Below, piece by piece: positions 53,656 to 63,037 of a stretch of DNA of 64,000 bases. Origin of the DNA: Planctomycetota bacterium (lineage in GTDB: Bacteria; Planctomycetota; SZUA-567; JAFGGJ01); assembly GCA_016930595.1 (NCBI GenBank), contig JAFGGJ010000042.1:51517-115516 (forward strand), read 5' to 3'. The stretch's first letter is position 1, and each line of letters opens with the position of its first letter. The notes below the pieces were generated by a model. The model did no database searches, was not told where the DNA came from, and saw only the letters and a list, made by a program, of their open reading frames with translations. The position numbers and the translations under genes are program-made.

Positions 53656-55722
53656 CTAGGGTTCCACCCTGCCCGCTGCAACGTCCACGCGGGCAGTCCT
53701 TATGAACGTGGCCCCCACGCCCCGCACCACGCCCGCCACCAGCACCTTGCCGTCGGCGCACACGGAAGCGCTTATACGATAAGGATACGTCGCCTCCTTG
53801 AACACCGTCGCACGTTCCGTCCAGTTCCGGTTGTCCCTCGCGAACACGACCACGCCGCGCCCCTCCAGCGATGCCACGGCGACCGGGCTTCCGTTCACCG
53901 GCACCAGTTCGATTTCGTGCACTCTTTCGTCGCCGGGCAGGACTATCCGTTCAGTCTTCCAGTCGTCCCTGCCTTTCGCCTTGCTTGAAACACACGCCTT
54001 CCCCGTGCTGCTCACCCACGCCGCCAGCAGGCCGCCATCCGGGCCCGCCACCACCGAAATCGGCGCGTCCCCTGAAATATTTACGGAATCGTCGCCGGGT
54101 TCCGGTTTTCCCAGGTACCTGTCCAGGGACACCGACCCGGTAGACAGTACCGTCTGCATCTCCGCCTTTGTTCCGGCCGTCAGGTCGACGTAGTATATGC
54201 CCGACCCGCGCACCGTCTGGTCTTCCCGCTGCACGTGGCTCTTGCTGATGGCACGGGCCACGTAGAAGAGCAGGTCCCGGTCCCCGTGTCTGACCAGCAC
54301 CGGGGAAGACGCTGTTATGTGGCATCCCGCCGGGAAGTCCGCGTACATCCCGAAATCATCTTTTATGTATCCCGAGATCCTCGCCGTGGCCGCCGAGGCG
54401 CCCTCCCCTATGAACACCTCCTCCATCGAACTCCCGCGGCGGTCCGACACCCACACCGTCCTGCAGGAACGCTGGCCGTCCAGCATGTCCGGCCACTTGT
54501 CGCTCCGCAGGCCAGAAGCATCCAATTTTTCCGGCACCGTCCACGTTCGCCCGTCCCGGCTTTCGCTCCCGTAGAGAGACGGCGCCGTGTCCGGCCTCCC
54601 CTCCGCCTCTTCCGGCAATGCCATCAGCAGGACGTGTTTCCCGGCCTGCCGGTCGTAGCGCAGCCGGATGTTCGCCGCCCCGCGGGCAAACGGGGGCACG
54701 GAGCCTCCACCCATCACGGGCAGCAGGTTTATTCCGCCCTCCGGGTAGCGCGGCTTGTGTTCCGCGGCCAGTTCCGTGATGATCTGCCAGCGGTCGATCT
54801 CCAGCCCCTCCCACGTCAAGTTCACTTCCATCACCGAAACCGGGGTGTCGAACCTCATCGTCGCCCCGGTCGCCCCCGCCTTCATCGGGTCCGGCTGGAA
54901 CGTGCTGGGGCGGGATTCCGGCAGCACGGGATACACCGGTACGGCGGTAAAGCTTGCTTTCCCGTACCTCCTGCCTTCCACTATCACGGCGCTGACGGCC
55001 ATGGTCCTGACGGCCTTGCCGGCCGGAGCGGTCAGGATGTACGTCATGACCGCGGATTTCCTCTCCTGCTGAGACGGCGTTATAACCAGCGCTTCGTTCG
55101 TTTCCGTTATTTTCAGCGCCGGAGCCGCTGGTCCCCCTGTCTCCGCGGGCAGCACCCTCTTCATTACCGCCAGCCTTGCCGCCGCCTCCACAAAGAGCCT
55201 GTTGGCAGCTTCCGTGTTCGTTATGAACGTGGGATAGTAAGTGAAGTAGCGCGACCTGCGGTAGCCGCGTTCCAGGCGTACGCTTCTTTCAAGCCTGTCC
55301 GGCATCGGCGGGTAGGCCGCCAGCGCCCCGTACTCCTTCAGCGCCTGCGCGTAGTTTCCGTCTTCCTCGTAACTGCGTCCTATCATGTGGCGGGCCAGCG
55401 GCCCGTGAGCGATCTCGCGGGCGTCCAGCGACACTTCCCGCAGCATCTTGCGCGCCGTTTCCCTCTGTGTGGGTTTCTGCATCAGAACCATCGCATGCAG
55501 TATCTTGGCGTCGAACCTCCAGTACGAATTGCCGTTTCGTTCGACGTACGCGGACAGGGCGCTCATGAAACCCGTCATGTCGTCCTTCGCGTAGTATTCC
55601 CCCGCTTCCAGCAGTTCTTCCCGCTCCTGGCGGGAACTCGTTGCCTCAACCCGGCTTGCCCCCAGCATTACCAGGACCGCCGGCACCGTCAATGCCAATC
55701 GCCCTGCCGCCGTGCGCCTCAC
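53656..55722 (-). CDS. Secreted hypothetical protein (688 aa)
   Basis: GTG start with GGAG upstream. Signal MRRTAAGRLALTVPAVLVMLGASRVEA. No recognisable motif. Helical N-terminal third, beta-rich C-terminus. Confidence 0.5.
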   Translation of the reverse strand: MRRTAAGRLALTVPAVLVMLGASRVEATSSRQEREELLEAGEYYAKDDMTGFMSALSAYVERNGNSYWRFDAKILHAMVLMQKPTQRETARKMLREVSLDAREIAHGPLARHMIGRSYEEDGNYAQALKEYGALAAYPPMPDRLERSVRLERGYRRSRYFTYYPTFITNTEAANRLFVEAAARLAVMKRVLPAETGGPAAPALKITETNEALVITPSQQERKSAVMTYILTAPAGKAVRTMAVSAVIVEGRRYGKASFTAVPVYPVLPESRPSTFQPDPMKAGATGATMRFDTPVSVMEVNLTWEGLEIDRWQIITELAAEHKPRYPEGGINLLPVMGGGSVPPFARGAANIRLRYDRQAGKHVLLMALPEEAEGRPDTAPSLYGSESRDGRTWTVPEKLDASGLRSDKWPDMLDGQRSCRTVWVSDRRGSSMEEVFIGEGASAATARISGYIKDDFGMYADFPAGCHITASSPVLVRHGDRDLLFYVARAISKSHVQREDQTVRGSGIYYVDLTAGTKAEMQTVLSTGSVSLDRYLGKPEPGDDSVNISGDAPISVVAGPDGGLLAAWVSSTGKACVSSKAKGRDDWKTERIVLPGDERVHEIELVPVNGSPVAVASLEGRGVVVFARDNRNWTERATVFKEATYPYRISASVCADGKVLVAGVVRGVGATFIRTARVDVAAGRVEP

Positions 55723-55803
55723 CTGTCCGGTTTCTCCTCATTCGACGTACGCGGTTCCCATTTTCTTTAACACCCAGCTCTGCAGCATGTTACACGCGTG
55801 CGT

Positions 55804-57171
55804 CTACGGCGCCACCGGCGTCCCGGGTATGCCCAGCCTTCCCCTCGGCTCGCCCATCCGCAGGGCCAGCACGCACAGCCACCCGGTGAACACGCCCATT
55901 ATCGCCAGCAGCGCTTCCAGCCCCAGCCGGTCCGCCATGACTCCCAGCACCGGCAGCACCGGCAGGGCGATCAGCATCGCCGTGTTCCCCATGGCCATGT
56001 AGGCGGGGCGTTTCTCCTCCGGCGCCGCTTCCAGCAGGTAGTTCGTCGATATGTAGAACACCGGCATCGCAAGCCCCTGTATCACGTACGTCACAAGGTA
56101 CAGTCTCACGTCGGCCAGTCCCGCCTTCACCAGCCAGCCCGTCCACAGCGCCGACATCGGCCATACCATGCCCATCACCAGGGTGAACACCGTTGCAGCG
56201 CGGTTCCCCAGGCGGTCCGCTATCCACCCCGTCGCCGCCACACCCAGCAGTTTCCCCACCTGCAGCGCCACCATGCACAGGGCGATCAGCGTTTTCCATT
56301 CCACGCCCACCGATCTCGACACCTCGTACCCGTAAGCCGTGTAGAACGGAAGCGCCCCGAACGCAACGAACGTCCCCATCCTTATCAGCACCATCCCGCG
56401 GAAGTCCGCGTCTTTCCGCATTGCGCGCAGCGCCTCGCCCGCCGCCGATATCCTGCGCGTTCTCGGGGCGTCCGCCTCCTCCGCGAACGCCAGCGTTATC
56501 ACCGACACCACCAGGAATACCGCTCCGGATACCATGAAACACGTTCCGTACGGCTGCAGCCCGATACCGTCCCTCGCCAGTATCGGCCTCAGCACGAATA
56601 TCGTCGCGGCTATCCCCAGCGGCACCCCCACGAACGCCGCCACGCTCATCACCCGCCCGCGCCAGTTCACCGGTATCAGCTTGCCTCTCAGGACCTGCCC
56701 CGCCAGCACCGCACCCGCAAAAAACATCATCGACGGGAAATACAGGGCGAACGTCACCCACAGCACCGTCTCCCTGCTCCACTGCCAGGAATGCCGGTGC
56801 ACCAGGTACCCCAGGACCAGCCATATCGCCCCGAAGATTCCCGTTCCCGCGGCGGACAGGAACTTCTTCCGGCCCACCCGGCCCACCATGCCCGCCACAG
56901 CGAGCTGCGGGATCGCCCGTCCGCACCTGTTGAGCACGGGCAGCAGCGACAGCACCCCGTTGCTCACCCCCACCGTTTTAAGAAAACTCGATACCACCAG
57001 CCCCTCGTTCTTGAACATCCACCCCAGCCGCCAGCTCACGTCGCGGACTATGTATACCGCTGAATTCCTCAGGCTCCGCCCCGCGACGCCCCCGTCCCGT
57101 CCCGCTCCCTCCTCGGCCGCCGCCCGTTCCTCCGCCTCTCCGTTGTTGTTTTCCAGGCCCATGCGTTCCAT
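55804..57171 (-). CDS. MFS transporter
   Basis: 455 aa, about 12 TM segments. MFS-like loop motif GMVGRVGRKK between TM2 and TM3. The true start may be an internal Met. Confidence 0.65.
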   Translation of the reverse strand: MERMGLENNNGEAEERAAAEEGAGRDGGVAGRSLRNSAVYIVRDVSWRLGWMFKNEGLVVSSFLKTVGVSNGVLSLLPVLNRCGRAIPQLAVAGMVGRVGRKKFLSAAGTGIFGAIWLVLGYLVHRHSWQWSRETVLWVTFALYFPSMMFFAGAVLAGQVLRGKLIPVNWRGRVMSVAAFVGVPLGIAATIFVLRPILARDGIGLQPYGTCFMVSGAVFLVVSVITLAFAEEADAPRTRRISAAGEALRAMRKDADFRGMVLIRMGTFVAFGALPFYTAYGYEVSRSVGVEWKTLIALCMVALQVGKLLGVAATGWIADRLGNRAATVFTLVMGMVWPMSALWTGWLVKAGLADVRLYLVTYVIQGLAMPVFYISTNYLLEAAPEEKRPAYMAMGNTAMLIALPVLPVLGVMADRLGLEALLAIMGVFTGWLCVLALRMGEPRGRLGIPGTPVAP

Positions 57172-57316
57172 GGTACCACGTGTTATAGATCACGGAGCGC
57201 CATGTAGGTTGTTTTTCTGCAAATTTCACGTTTCTGCCGTGTCTCGGCGTGAGCGCCGTGCTATATTTCCTGTCGTAGGAGCTCCCGGCTCCACTGCTCT
57301 GGAAAGGAACCGTGCC

Positions 57317-58153
57317 ATGCGTATAAGCGTCTGTCACTACAGTTTTCACAGGGAAATCGGCGGAGGCCGCATGGACCTTCCGACTTATTTCCGCACCGTC
57401 GGGGAACTGGGCCTCGACGCCTGCGATCTCCACATGCGCCTCGCCGGCGACGTCGATAAGAACCTGGACGCCATCCTCTCCGGTCTCTCCGGAAACGGCC
57501 TTGCCCTTTCCAGCTACTCGCTATCCGACGACCTCACCCAGGAAGACGACGCCAAGCAGCGCGAGCAGATCGACAACATCAAGCTGGGCCTCCGCAACGC
57601 GGCGCGCCTCGGCACCGACACCGCACGCGTCTTCGGCGGCCATGCGACCGGCAACGACGCAGCGTCTCTCGCAGCGGATCTCGCCAAGGTCACCGACGCG
57701 CTGAAAGAATGCGCCGAAGTCGCCGAAGAAGTAAAAGTCACCCTTTCCCTCGAAAACCACGGCGGCATGCCCGGCCGCGGCGAAGAAGTCCTCCAGGTCC
57801 TCGACGCCGTCGGCAGCCCCTTCCTCAAGGCCTGCTGCGACATCGGAAACTTCATGGGCGCCGATCAGTCCCCGGAAGACGGCACCCGCCTCGTCGCCCC
57901 CGTCACCGGCTACGTCCACATCAAGGATAACTCCCTTACCGACGGCGAGCCGCACGGGCGCGCCAGCAAGGCCATGGAAGGCGCCACCGTCGGCGAAGGC
58001 GTCGTGGACGTCGAGGCCTGCCTACGCATCCTGAAGGACGCCGGCTACTCCGGCTACCTCGCCCTCGAATACGAAGGCCAGGAAGAAGAGCACTCCGGCG
58101 TCAAGAAGAGCCTCGCCTTCCTCAGGCAGGCCCTCGCCGGCGTCGAAGGCTGA
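57317..58153 (+). CDS. Sugar phosphate isomerase/epimerase (xylose isomerase-like TIM barrel), third paralog in the window
   Basis: ATG at 57317 after AAAGGAA. ...VCHYSF...TLSLENHGG...YLALEYEG... The track ORF starts far upstream in antisense of the MFS gene and is rejected. Confidence 0.75.
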   Translation: MRISVCHYSFHREIGGGRMDLPTYFRTVGELGLDACDLHMRLAGDVDKNLDAILSGLSGNGLALSSYSLSDDLTQEDDAKQREQIDNIKLGLRNAARLGTDTARVFGGHATGNDAASLAADLAKVTDALKECAEVAEEVKVTLSLENHGGMPGRGEEVLQVLDAVGSPFLKACCDIGNFMGADQSPEDGTRLVAPVTGYVHIKDNSLTDGEPHGRASKAMEGATVGEGVVDVEACLRILKDAGYSGYLALEYEGQEEEHSGVKKSLAFLRQALAGVEG

Positions 58154-58270
58154 CGTCCGAGACTCCGCGCAACGCTGTCAATCACGGCGTTACCGTTCGC
58201 CGCCGCGCCGGGTATGATATTTCCGGCGGCATGGTCGCCGTGGGAAGGTCGCCGTGGGAAGGATGCCCCC

Positions 58271-58534
58271 ATGCCGCGAGTGCGCCACCCGAAACGCAAG
58301 CCGCCGCCGGTAAACATCGCCTTTCTGGCGCTGTGCGCCTCTTTGACTTTCCTGTCGATTCTGTCGTTCCCCTGGCTCCTGGACCCCACCCTGCCGATGT
58401 TTTCCAAGACGGATGCCTGCCGTTTCCCCTTCCTCGTGGTCACCCCGTCGGCGCTCCTGTGCTGGATAATCCTGTACTACGACATCAAGGCCCGCCGCAC
58501 GCAGAAGAAACAAAACCCTCCCGACGGCGCCTGA
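58271..58534 (+). CDS. Small hypothetical membrane protein (87 aa, two TM helices)
   Basis: ATG at 58271 after GGGAAGGA. IAFLALCASLTFLSILSFPWLL and ALLCWIILYY hydrophobic segments. Confidence 0.35.
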   Translation: MPRVRHPKRKPPPVNIAFLALCASLTFLSILSFPWLLDPTLPMFSKTDACRFPFLVVTPSALLCWIILYYDIKARRTQKKQNPPDGA

Positions 58535-58549
58535 CCCCCGGCGGCCGCC

Positions 58550-59068
58550 CTACTTGGCGCGCCACACCTCGAATGAAGCCCGGATCCTTGTCCCGCCTTC
58601 CGGCAGGTTCTCAAAACTCATCGTCACGCTGTTACGGTCGCCCCTGTCGTCGATCCACCATGCCGACAGCACGGGGCACTCGGGCATGTGGCCGTGGATG
58701 TCACGGAAATCCCCCGGCGGGTTCAGTACGACGCTGCACTCGTCCGCCCGGCGCGCCCGGTTGTTCGCCATTTTCCGCAGCGCGCGGTGGCTCCACTCCA
58801 CCGTCTCCAGGCACGGCCGCGGGGAAGTGAACACCATCCCCGGCGACAGGACATAATTGGGGTCGTTGTGCCACAGGCTCTCGGTCATTTCCCAGTCAGG
58901 GTGGACCGGTATCGGCATCTCCGGCACGTCGGTGAAAACATAGTACGCCCCGCCCCCCAGAAAAACGGCGCACGCTGCAAGCAGCAGAAGAAAATTCCTT
59001 CGACGCTTCCTGCGCCTCGCGGCCTTCCCGTCGGCCTCCGCCTTGTCTTTTCCCCCCTCGCGCCGCAT
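58550..59068 (-). CDS. Hypothetical membrane-anchored protein
   Basis: Internal ATG at 59068 after AAGAGGAA, immediately downstream of focA. Basic N-terminus, then TM NFLLLLAACAVFLGGGAYYVF. The upstream part of the track ORF overlaps focA and is rejected. Confidence 0.45.
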   Translation of the reverse strand: MRREGGKDKAEADGKAARRRKRRRNFLLLLAACAVFLGGGAYYVFTDVPEMPIPVHPDWEMTESLWHNDPNYVLSPGMVFTSPRPCLETVEWSHRALRKMANNRARRADECSVVLNPPGDFRDIHGHMPECPVLSAWWIDDRGDRNSVTMSFENLPEGGTRIRASFEVWRAK

Positions 59069-59082
59069 CCGCCCGTTCCTCT

Positions 59083-59982
59083 TTACTCCGTCTTCTTCCT
59101 GTGGAAGATCACCCAGTATATCGCCCCGACGAACACCGCCCCGCCCACTATGTTCCCCAGCGTCACGGGCAGCAGGTTCTTGACGAAAAAGTTCCCCCAG
59201 GTCAGGTTCGCCGCGTTCCGCGCCGCCTCCGCCAGAGGCCCCGGCGCTCCCGGCGCCCCCCCGGCCCCTTTCGTCAGCAGCCCCGCGCTTATGAAGTACA
59301 TGTTGGCCACCGAGTGTTCGAAGCCCGCCGCCACGAACGCCGTTATCGGGAAGATTATCGCCACTACCTTGTCCACCACCGTCCGTCCGCTGAAGCACAG
59401 CCACACCGCCAGGCACACCAGCACGTTGCACATCACTCCCAGCGCCACCGCCTGCCCGAACGGCAGTCCGCACTTCCCGTTCGCTATGTTCACCATCGTC
59501 GCGCCCACCTTGCCGCCGTCGGCCCCGTAGATCCTCGTCGCCGTCATCAGCAGCGCAAGGACGACCGACCCGGCGAAATTGCCCGCGTACACTATCGCCC
59601 AGTTCCTCAGGAGTTGCAGCACCGTTATCTTCCGGCTGAGCGCCGCCATTATTATCAGGTTGTTGCCGGTGAACAGCGCCGCTCCTCCCACCACCACCAG
59701 GATCAGGCCCAGGCAGAACGCCAGTCCCCCCAGCAGCCTTGTCAGCCCGTACCCCGTCCCCGTCTCCGTAACCACCACCGTGTAGAACACCGCCCCCATT
59801 CCCACGTAGGCCCCCGCCAGCACGGCCAGCAGGAATTTCGGCGTGAACTCCATCTGCGCCTTCGACACTCCCGCCGCTATCGCTTTCTTCCCTATCCCCG
59901 GCGGAGGCAGCGCGTCGACGGCCACCCCCGGCGCAGCGGCTTCCTTCGCCGCTTCCGCCACGGTGTTCTTATCCTGCTCCAT
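59083..59982 (-). CDS. focA: Formate/nitrite transporter family channel (FocA/NirC-like)
   Basis: 299 aa. Six TM segments with the family's conserved regions (LAGAYVGMGAVF, LFTGNNLI, FVAAGFEHSVANMYF). Confidence 0.8.
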   Translation of the reverse strand: MEQDKNTVAEAAKEAAAPGVAVDALPPPGIGKKAIAAGVSKAQMEFTPKFLLAVLAGAYVGMGAVFYTVVVTETGTGYGLTRLLGGLAFCLGLILVVVGGAALFTGNNLIIMAALSRKITVLQLLRNWAIVYAGNFAGSVVLALLMTATRIYGADGGKVGATMVNIANGKCGLPFGQAVALGVMCNVLVCLAVWLCFSGRTVVDKVVAIIFPITAFVAAGFEHSVANMYFISAGLLTKGAGGAPGAPGPLAEAARNAANLTWGNFFVKNLLPVTLGNIVGGAVFVGAIYWVIFHRKKTE

Positions 59983-60157
59983 GGTTTTTCTCCTCTGCCG
60001 ATGGGTTTACCCCGTCGCCCCCGCGCTGCAACGGTTTTTCAGTATCTTTTCGGTCCCGCGGCGCTTTTTCTGGACATCGTTTCTTCAATATTCCGGATGC
60101 ATTTCCTCCGCCGGCCGATATAATCGCCCCGGGGGGGCAAGCTTAGGAAGCCTCGTT

Positions 60158-61048
60158 ATGGATGACTCTTCGCAGCCCACTGTCGTCGGCATCGGTGAAC
60201 TCCTCTGGGACATGCTTCCCGACGGCAGGCAGCTCGGCGGCGCCGTCACCAATTTCGCCTATCACTGCTCCAGGCTCGGGGCCAACGCCTGCATCGCCTC
60301 CGCCGTCGGCATGGACGACCTCGGCAAGGCGGTTTTCTCGCGCCTCGGCGAACTCGGCCTCAGCAGGAGTTTCGTCTCCATCGACACCGACCACCCGACG
60401 GGCACCGTCGACGTCTCCCTTGCATCCGACGGCTCCCCCGAATTCGCCATCCACGAAGACGTCGCATGGGACCACATTCCCCTATCCCAGGAACTTCTCG
60501 ACCTGGCTCCTTCCGCAAACGCCGTCTGCTTCGGAACCCTCGCGCAGCGCTCCGAAACCTCCCGCTCCACCATCACCGATTTCCTCTCCCAGACCCCCGA
60601 CGGATGCCTCTGGATTCTGGACATCAATCTCCGCAAGCCTTTCTTCGACGAAGACGTCGTCGTCAGCTCCATTGAAGCCGCACACGTCCTTCGCCTCAGC
60701 TCCGACGAACTCCCCGCCGTCGCCGAATTCATCGGCGCGCCGGCCGACGTCGACGCCCTTTTCTCCGAGCTCTTCGATTCCTTCGACGTCAGCCTCATCG
60801 CCCTCACGCGCGGCGCCGACGGCAGCCTTCTTGCCAATGCCGACGGCGCCTGCGACCACAAGGGTTTCCAGGTGGACGTCGTGGACACCGTCGGCGCGGG
60901 CGACGCCTTCACCGCCGTCGTCGCCATGGGCCTGCTGGCCGGCCACGACATCGACACCATCAGCGAATACGCCAACCGCCTCGCCTCTTTCGTCTGCACC
61001 TGCCCCGGCGGCACTCCGGACATCCCCGACGACCTCTTTTCCTCATGA
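60158..61048 (+). CDS. PfkB-family carbohydrate kinase (fructokinase/ribokinase-like)
   Basis: ATG at 60158. N-terminal VVGIGELLWDMLPDG...GGAVTNFA (GG motif). C-terminal anion-hole DTVGAGDAFTA. Confidence 0.8.
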   Translation: MDDSSQPTVVGIGELLWDMLPDGRQLGGAVTNFAYHCSRLGANACIASAVGMDDLGKAVFSRLGELGLSRSFVSIDTDHPTGTVDVSLASDGSPEFAIHEDVAWDHIPLSQELLDLAPSANAVCFGTLAQRSETSRSTITDFLSQTPDGCLWILDINLRKPFFDEDVVVSSIEAAHVLRLSSDELPAVAEFIGAPADVDALFSELFDSFDVSLIALTRGADGSLLANADGACDHKGFQVDVVDTVGAGDAFTAVVAMGLLAGHDIDTISEYANRLASFVCTCPGGTPDIPDDLFSS

Positions 61049-61061
61049 TACGGACATTCCC

Positions 61062-62090
61062 ATGAAAGCCGCAGTCCTGCACGGCAAGTTTGATCTCCGC
61101 ATCGAAGACATCCCCAGGCCCGAACCCTCCGCGGGCGAAGTCCTGCTGCGCGTCAGGTCCGTCGGCGTCTGCGGCTCCGACGTCCACTACTTCGTCGACG
61201 GCCGTATCGGCTCACAGGTCGTCGACGCCCCGCAGACCGTCGGCCATGAATTCATGGGCGTCGTCGAAGCGCTCGGCCCCGGCGTCTCCGGCATCGAACC
61301 GGGCACGCGCGTCGCCGTCGACCCGAACATGAACTGCGGTTCCTGCCGCTGGTGCCGCGCCGGCCGCCCCAACTGCTGCCCCAACGTCCGCTTTTACGGC
61401 ACCCCCCCCGTCCCGGGCGCCTTCCAGGAATACGTCGTCCACCCCGCCGATCTCTGCTTTCCCGTCCCCGACTCCATGACCGACGACGACGCCGCCCTCC
61501 TTGAACCCCTCGGCATCGGCATGCACGCCGTGGACATCGCCCCCGTACGTCTCGGCGACACCGTGGCCGTTTTCGGTTCCGGCCCCATCGGCCTTGTCAC
61601 CGCGGCCGCGGCACGCGCCGCGGGCGCCGCCAAGGTTTACATGACCGACGTCCTTCCTTACAGGTGTGAATTCGCCAAGGCCCTCATCGCCGACGACACC
61701 GCCAACCCGAACAACACGGACGTTGTCGAATGGCTCACGGACCTCACCGGCGACGGCCCGGACGCCGTCTACGAATGCGCCGGGCAGGACTCCTGCATCC
61801 ACGAAGCCGTCAACTCCGTCCGCATCGGCGGCAGGTGCTGCATCGTCGGCATTCCGACCGCTGACGTCTCGTCCTTCCCGGGCCACGTCGCACGCAGAAA
61901 GGAACTCGCCCTCGCACACGTCAGGCGCGCATGCTTTGTCGTCCGGGAGGGCCTCGCCATCATGGAAGCCGGCCTCGTCAGGATCTCCGACATGGTCACT
62001 CATTCCTTCGACCTCGACGATGTCGAAAAAGCCCTCTCGCTCGTCCACAATTACGAAGACGGCGTTATCAAGGCCATGATACACGTTTAG
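61062..62090 (+). CDS. Zinc-dependent medium-chain dehydrogenase (sorbitol/L-iditol/threonine dehydrogenase-like)
   Basis: ATG at 61062. GHEFMGVV catalytic Zn site. Structural Zn cysteines CGSCRWCRAGRPNCC. NAD-binding VAVFGSGPIGL. The track ORF 60162..62090 includes an antisense extension and is rejected. Confidence 0.85.
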   Translation: MKAAVLHGKFDLRIEDIPRPEPSAGEVLLRVRSVGVCGSDVHYFVDGRIGSQVVDAPQTVGHEFMGVVEALGPGVSGIEPGTRVAVDPNMNCGSCRWCRAGRPNCCPNVRFYGTPPVPGAFQEYVVHPADLCFPVPDSMTDDDAALLEPLGIGMHAVDIAPVRLGDTVAVFGSGPIGLVTAAAARAAGAAKVYMTDVLPYRCEFAKALIADDTANPNNTDVVEWLTDLTGDGPDAVYECAGQDSCIHEAVNSVRIGGRCCIVGIPTADVSSFPGHVARRKELALAHVRRACFVVREGLAIMEAGLVRISDMVTHSFDLDDVEKALSLVHNYEDGVIKAMIHV

Positions 62091-62136
62091 CCCTGCGAGC
62101 CGTCCCCGGCAGGCTCGCCGGGACAGGAGGCGGAAC

Positions 62137-62511
62137 ATGGGTCTGTGCTCTCGCTGCGGCGGGGATTTCCCCGACGACAAGCTCACCACCGTGCTCGACG
62201 GCTACGCCACCGGCGGCGCCGGGTATGTCGAAAAACACATGTGCAAAAAGTGCGTCAAGGAATTCATGCAGGGCAAGCGGGGGCTCCAGATCGGCGGCTC
62301 GGACGACTCGCCCAAAGACAACGACACCGGCGCGGGCGCCGCCGGATGCGTCTTCTTCCTGGGCCTTGCCGTCTTCCTCGTCCTGATCTGGTGGCGCCCC
62401 CTCGGCTACCTCGCCGTATGGCCCAAAATCGGCCTCTCCGTCGCCGCCTTTTTCGTGTCTTTCTCTCTCGGTCTCGGCATGCAGGCGATCGTCAGGAAAT
62501 TCTCGCGCTAA
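62137..62511 (+). CDS. Small zinc-ribbon membrane protein
   Basis: CSRCGG...CKKC double CxxC, then two hydrophobic helices (VFFLGLAVFLVLIWW, SVAAFFVSFSLGLGM). Confidence 0.45.
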   Translation: MGLCSRCGGDFPDDKLTTVLDGYATGGAGYVEKHMCKKCVKEFMQGKRGLQIGGSDDSPKDNDTGAGAAGCVFFLGLAVFLVLIWWRPLGYLAVWPKIGLSVAAFFVSFSLGLGMQAIVRKFSR

Positions 62512-62538
62512 GCGCTCCTCGGCGAAAGGATCCGTATC

Positions 62539-63006
62539 ATGAGCCTATTCAAGCGGCTATTCGGCGGTACGGGCGGCTTCCTCGGCGCACTCAAAAAGAA
62601 TCTCCGCCCCGCTGTCAGCAACCTGAACCCGCTCATCTACCGGACCATCATCAGGGAAAAGACCGGCAAAGACGCCCCCGCTCTCCTTTCCACCGACGGC
62701 ACCGACTTCGACCTCCCCAGGAAACTCTCCGTCGACGAACTCTCCACCCTCGCCCGCTCCGTCGAAGCCGGGCAGCGCGGCGATCAAGCCACTTCGGGAG
62801 GAGACCTGGGAGAAGCGGCGAAGCACTACCGCGAAGCCTTCACGCTCAACCCGTACAACGACCTCGCCCTCATGAGCTACGGTGTCGCTCTTGCTCAACT
62901 GGGGGACTTGCGCAAGGGCATCAGGTGGGTCGAAAAGGCCCTCCGGGTCAATCCCGGCAACGAAAGGGCCCGCAATAACCTCGCCGCCATGAAAAACGAA
63001 TTGTGA
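62539..63006 (+). CDS. TPR-repeat protein
   Basis: 155 aa. C-terminal TPR-like helices (AAKHYREAFTLNPYNDLALMSYGVALAQLGDLRKGIRWVEKALRVNPGNERA). Confidence 0.55.
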   Translation: MSLFKRLFGGTGGFLGALKKNLRPAVSNLNPLIYRTIIREKTGKDAPALLSTDGTDFDLPRKLSVDELSTLARSVEAGQRGDQATSGGDLGEAAKHYREAFTLNPYNDLALMSYGVALAQLGDLRKGIRWVEKALRVNPGNERARNNLAAMKNEL

Positions 63007-63037
63007 CGCGCCGCTTCCTGTGCCGTTAAAACATCCT

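Noticed and set aside
56534-57316. Upstream part of ORF 56534..58153, and ORF 55798..57063
   Set aside because: These are antisense to the MFS transporter gene. The TIM-barrel isomerase starts at ATG 57317 with its own RBS.
60162-61061. Upstream part of ORF 60162..62090
   Set aside because: Out-of-frame overlap with the PfkB kinase gene, with Pro/Ser/Thr-rich translation. The dehydrogenase starts at 61062.
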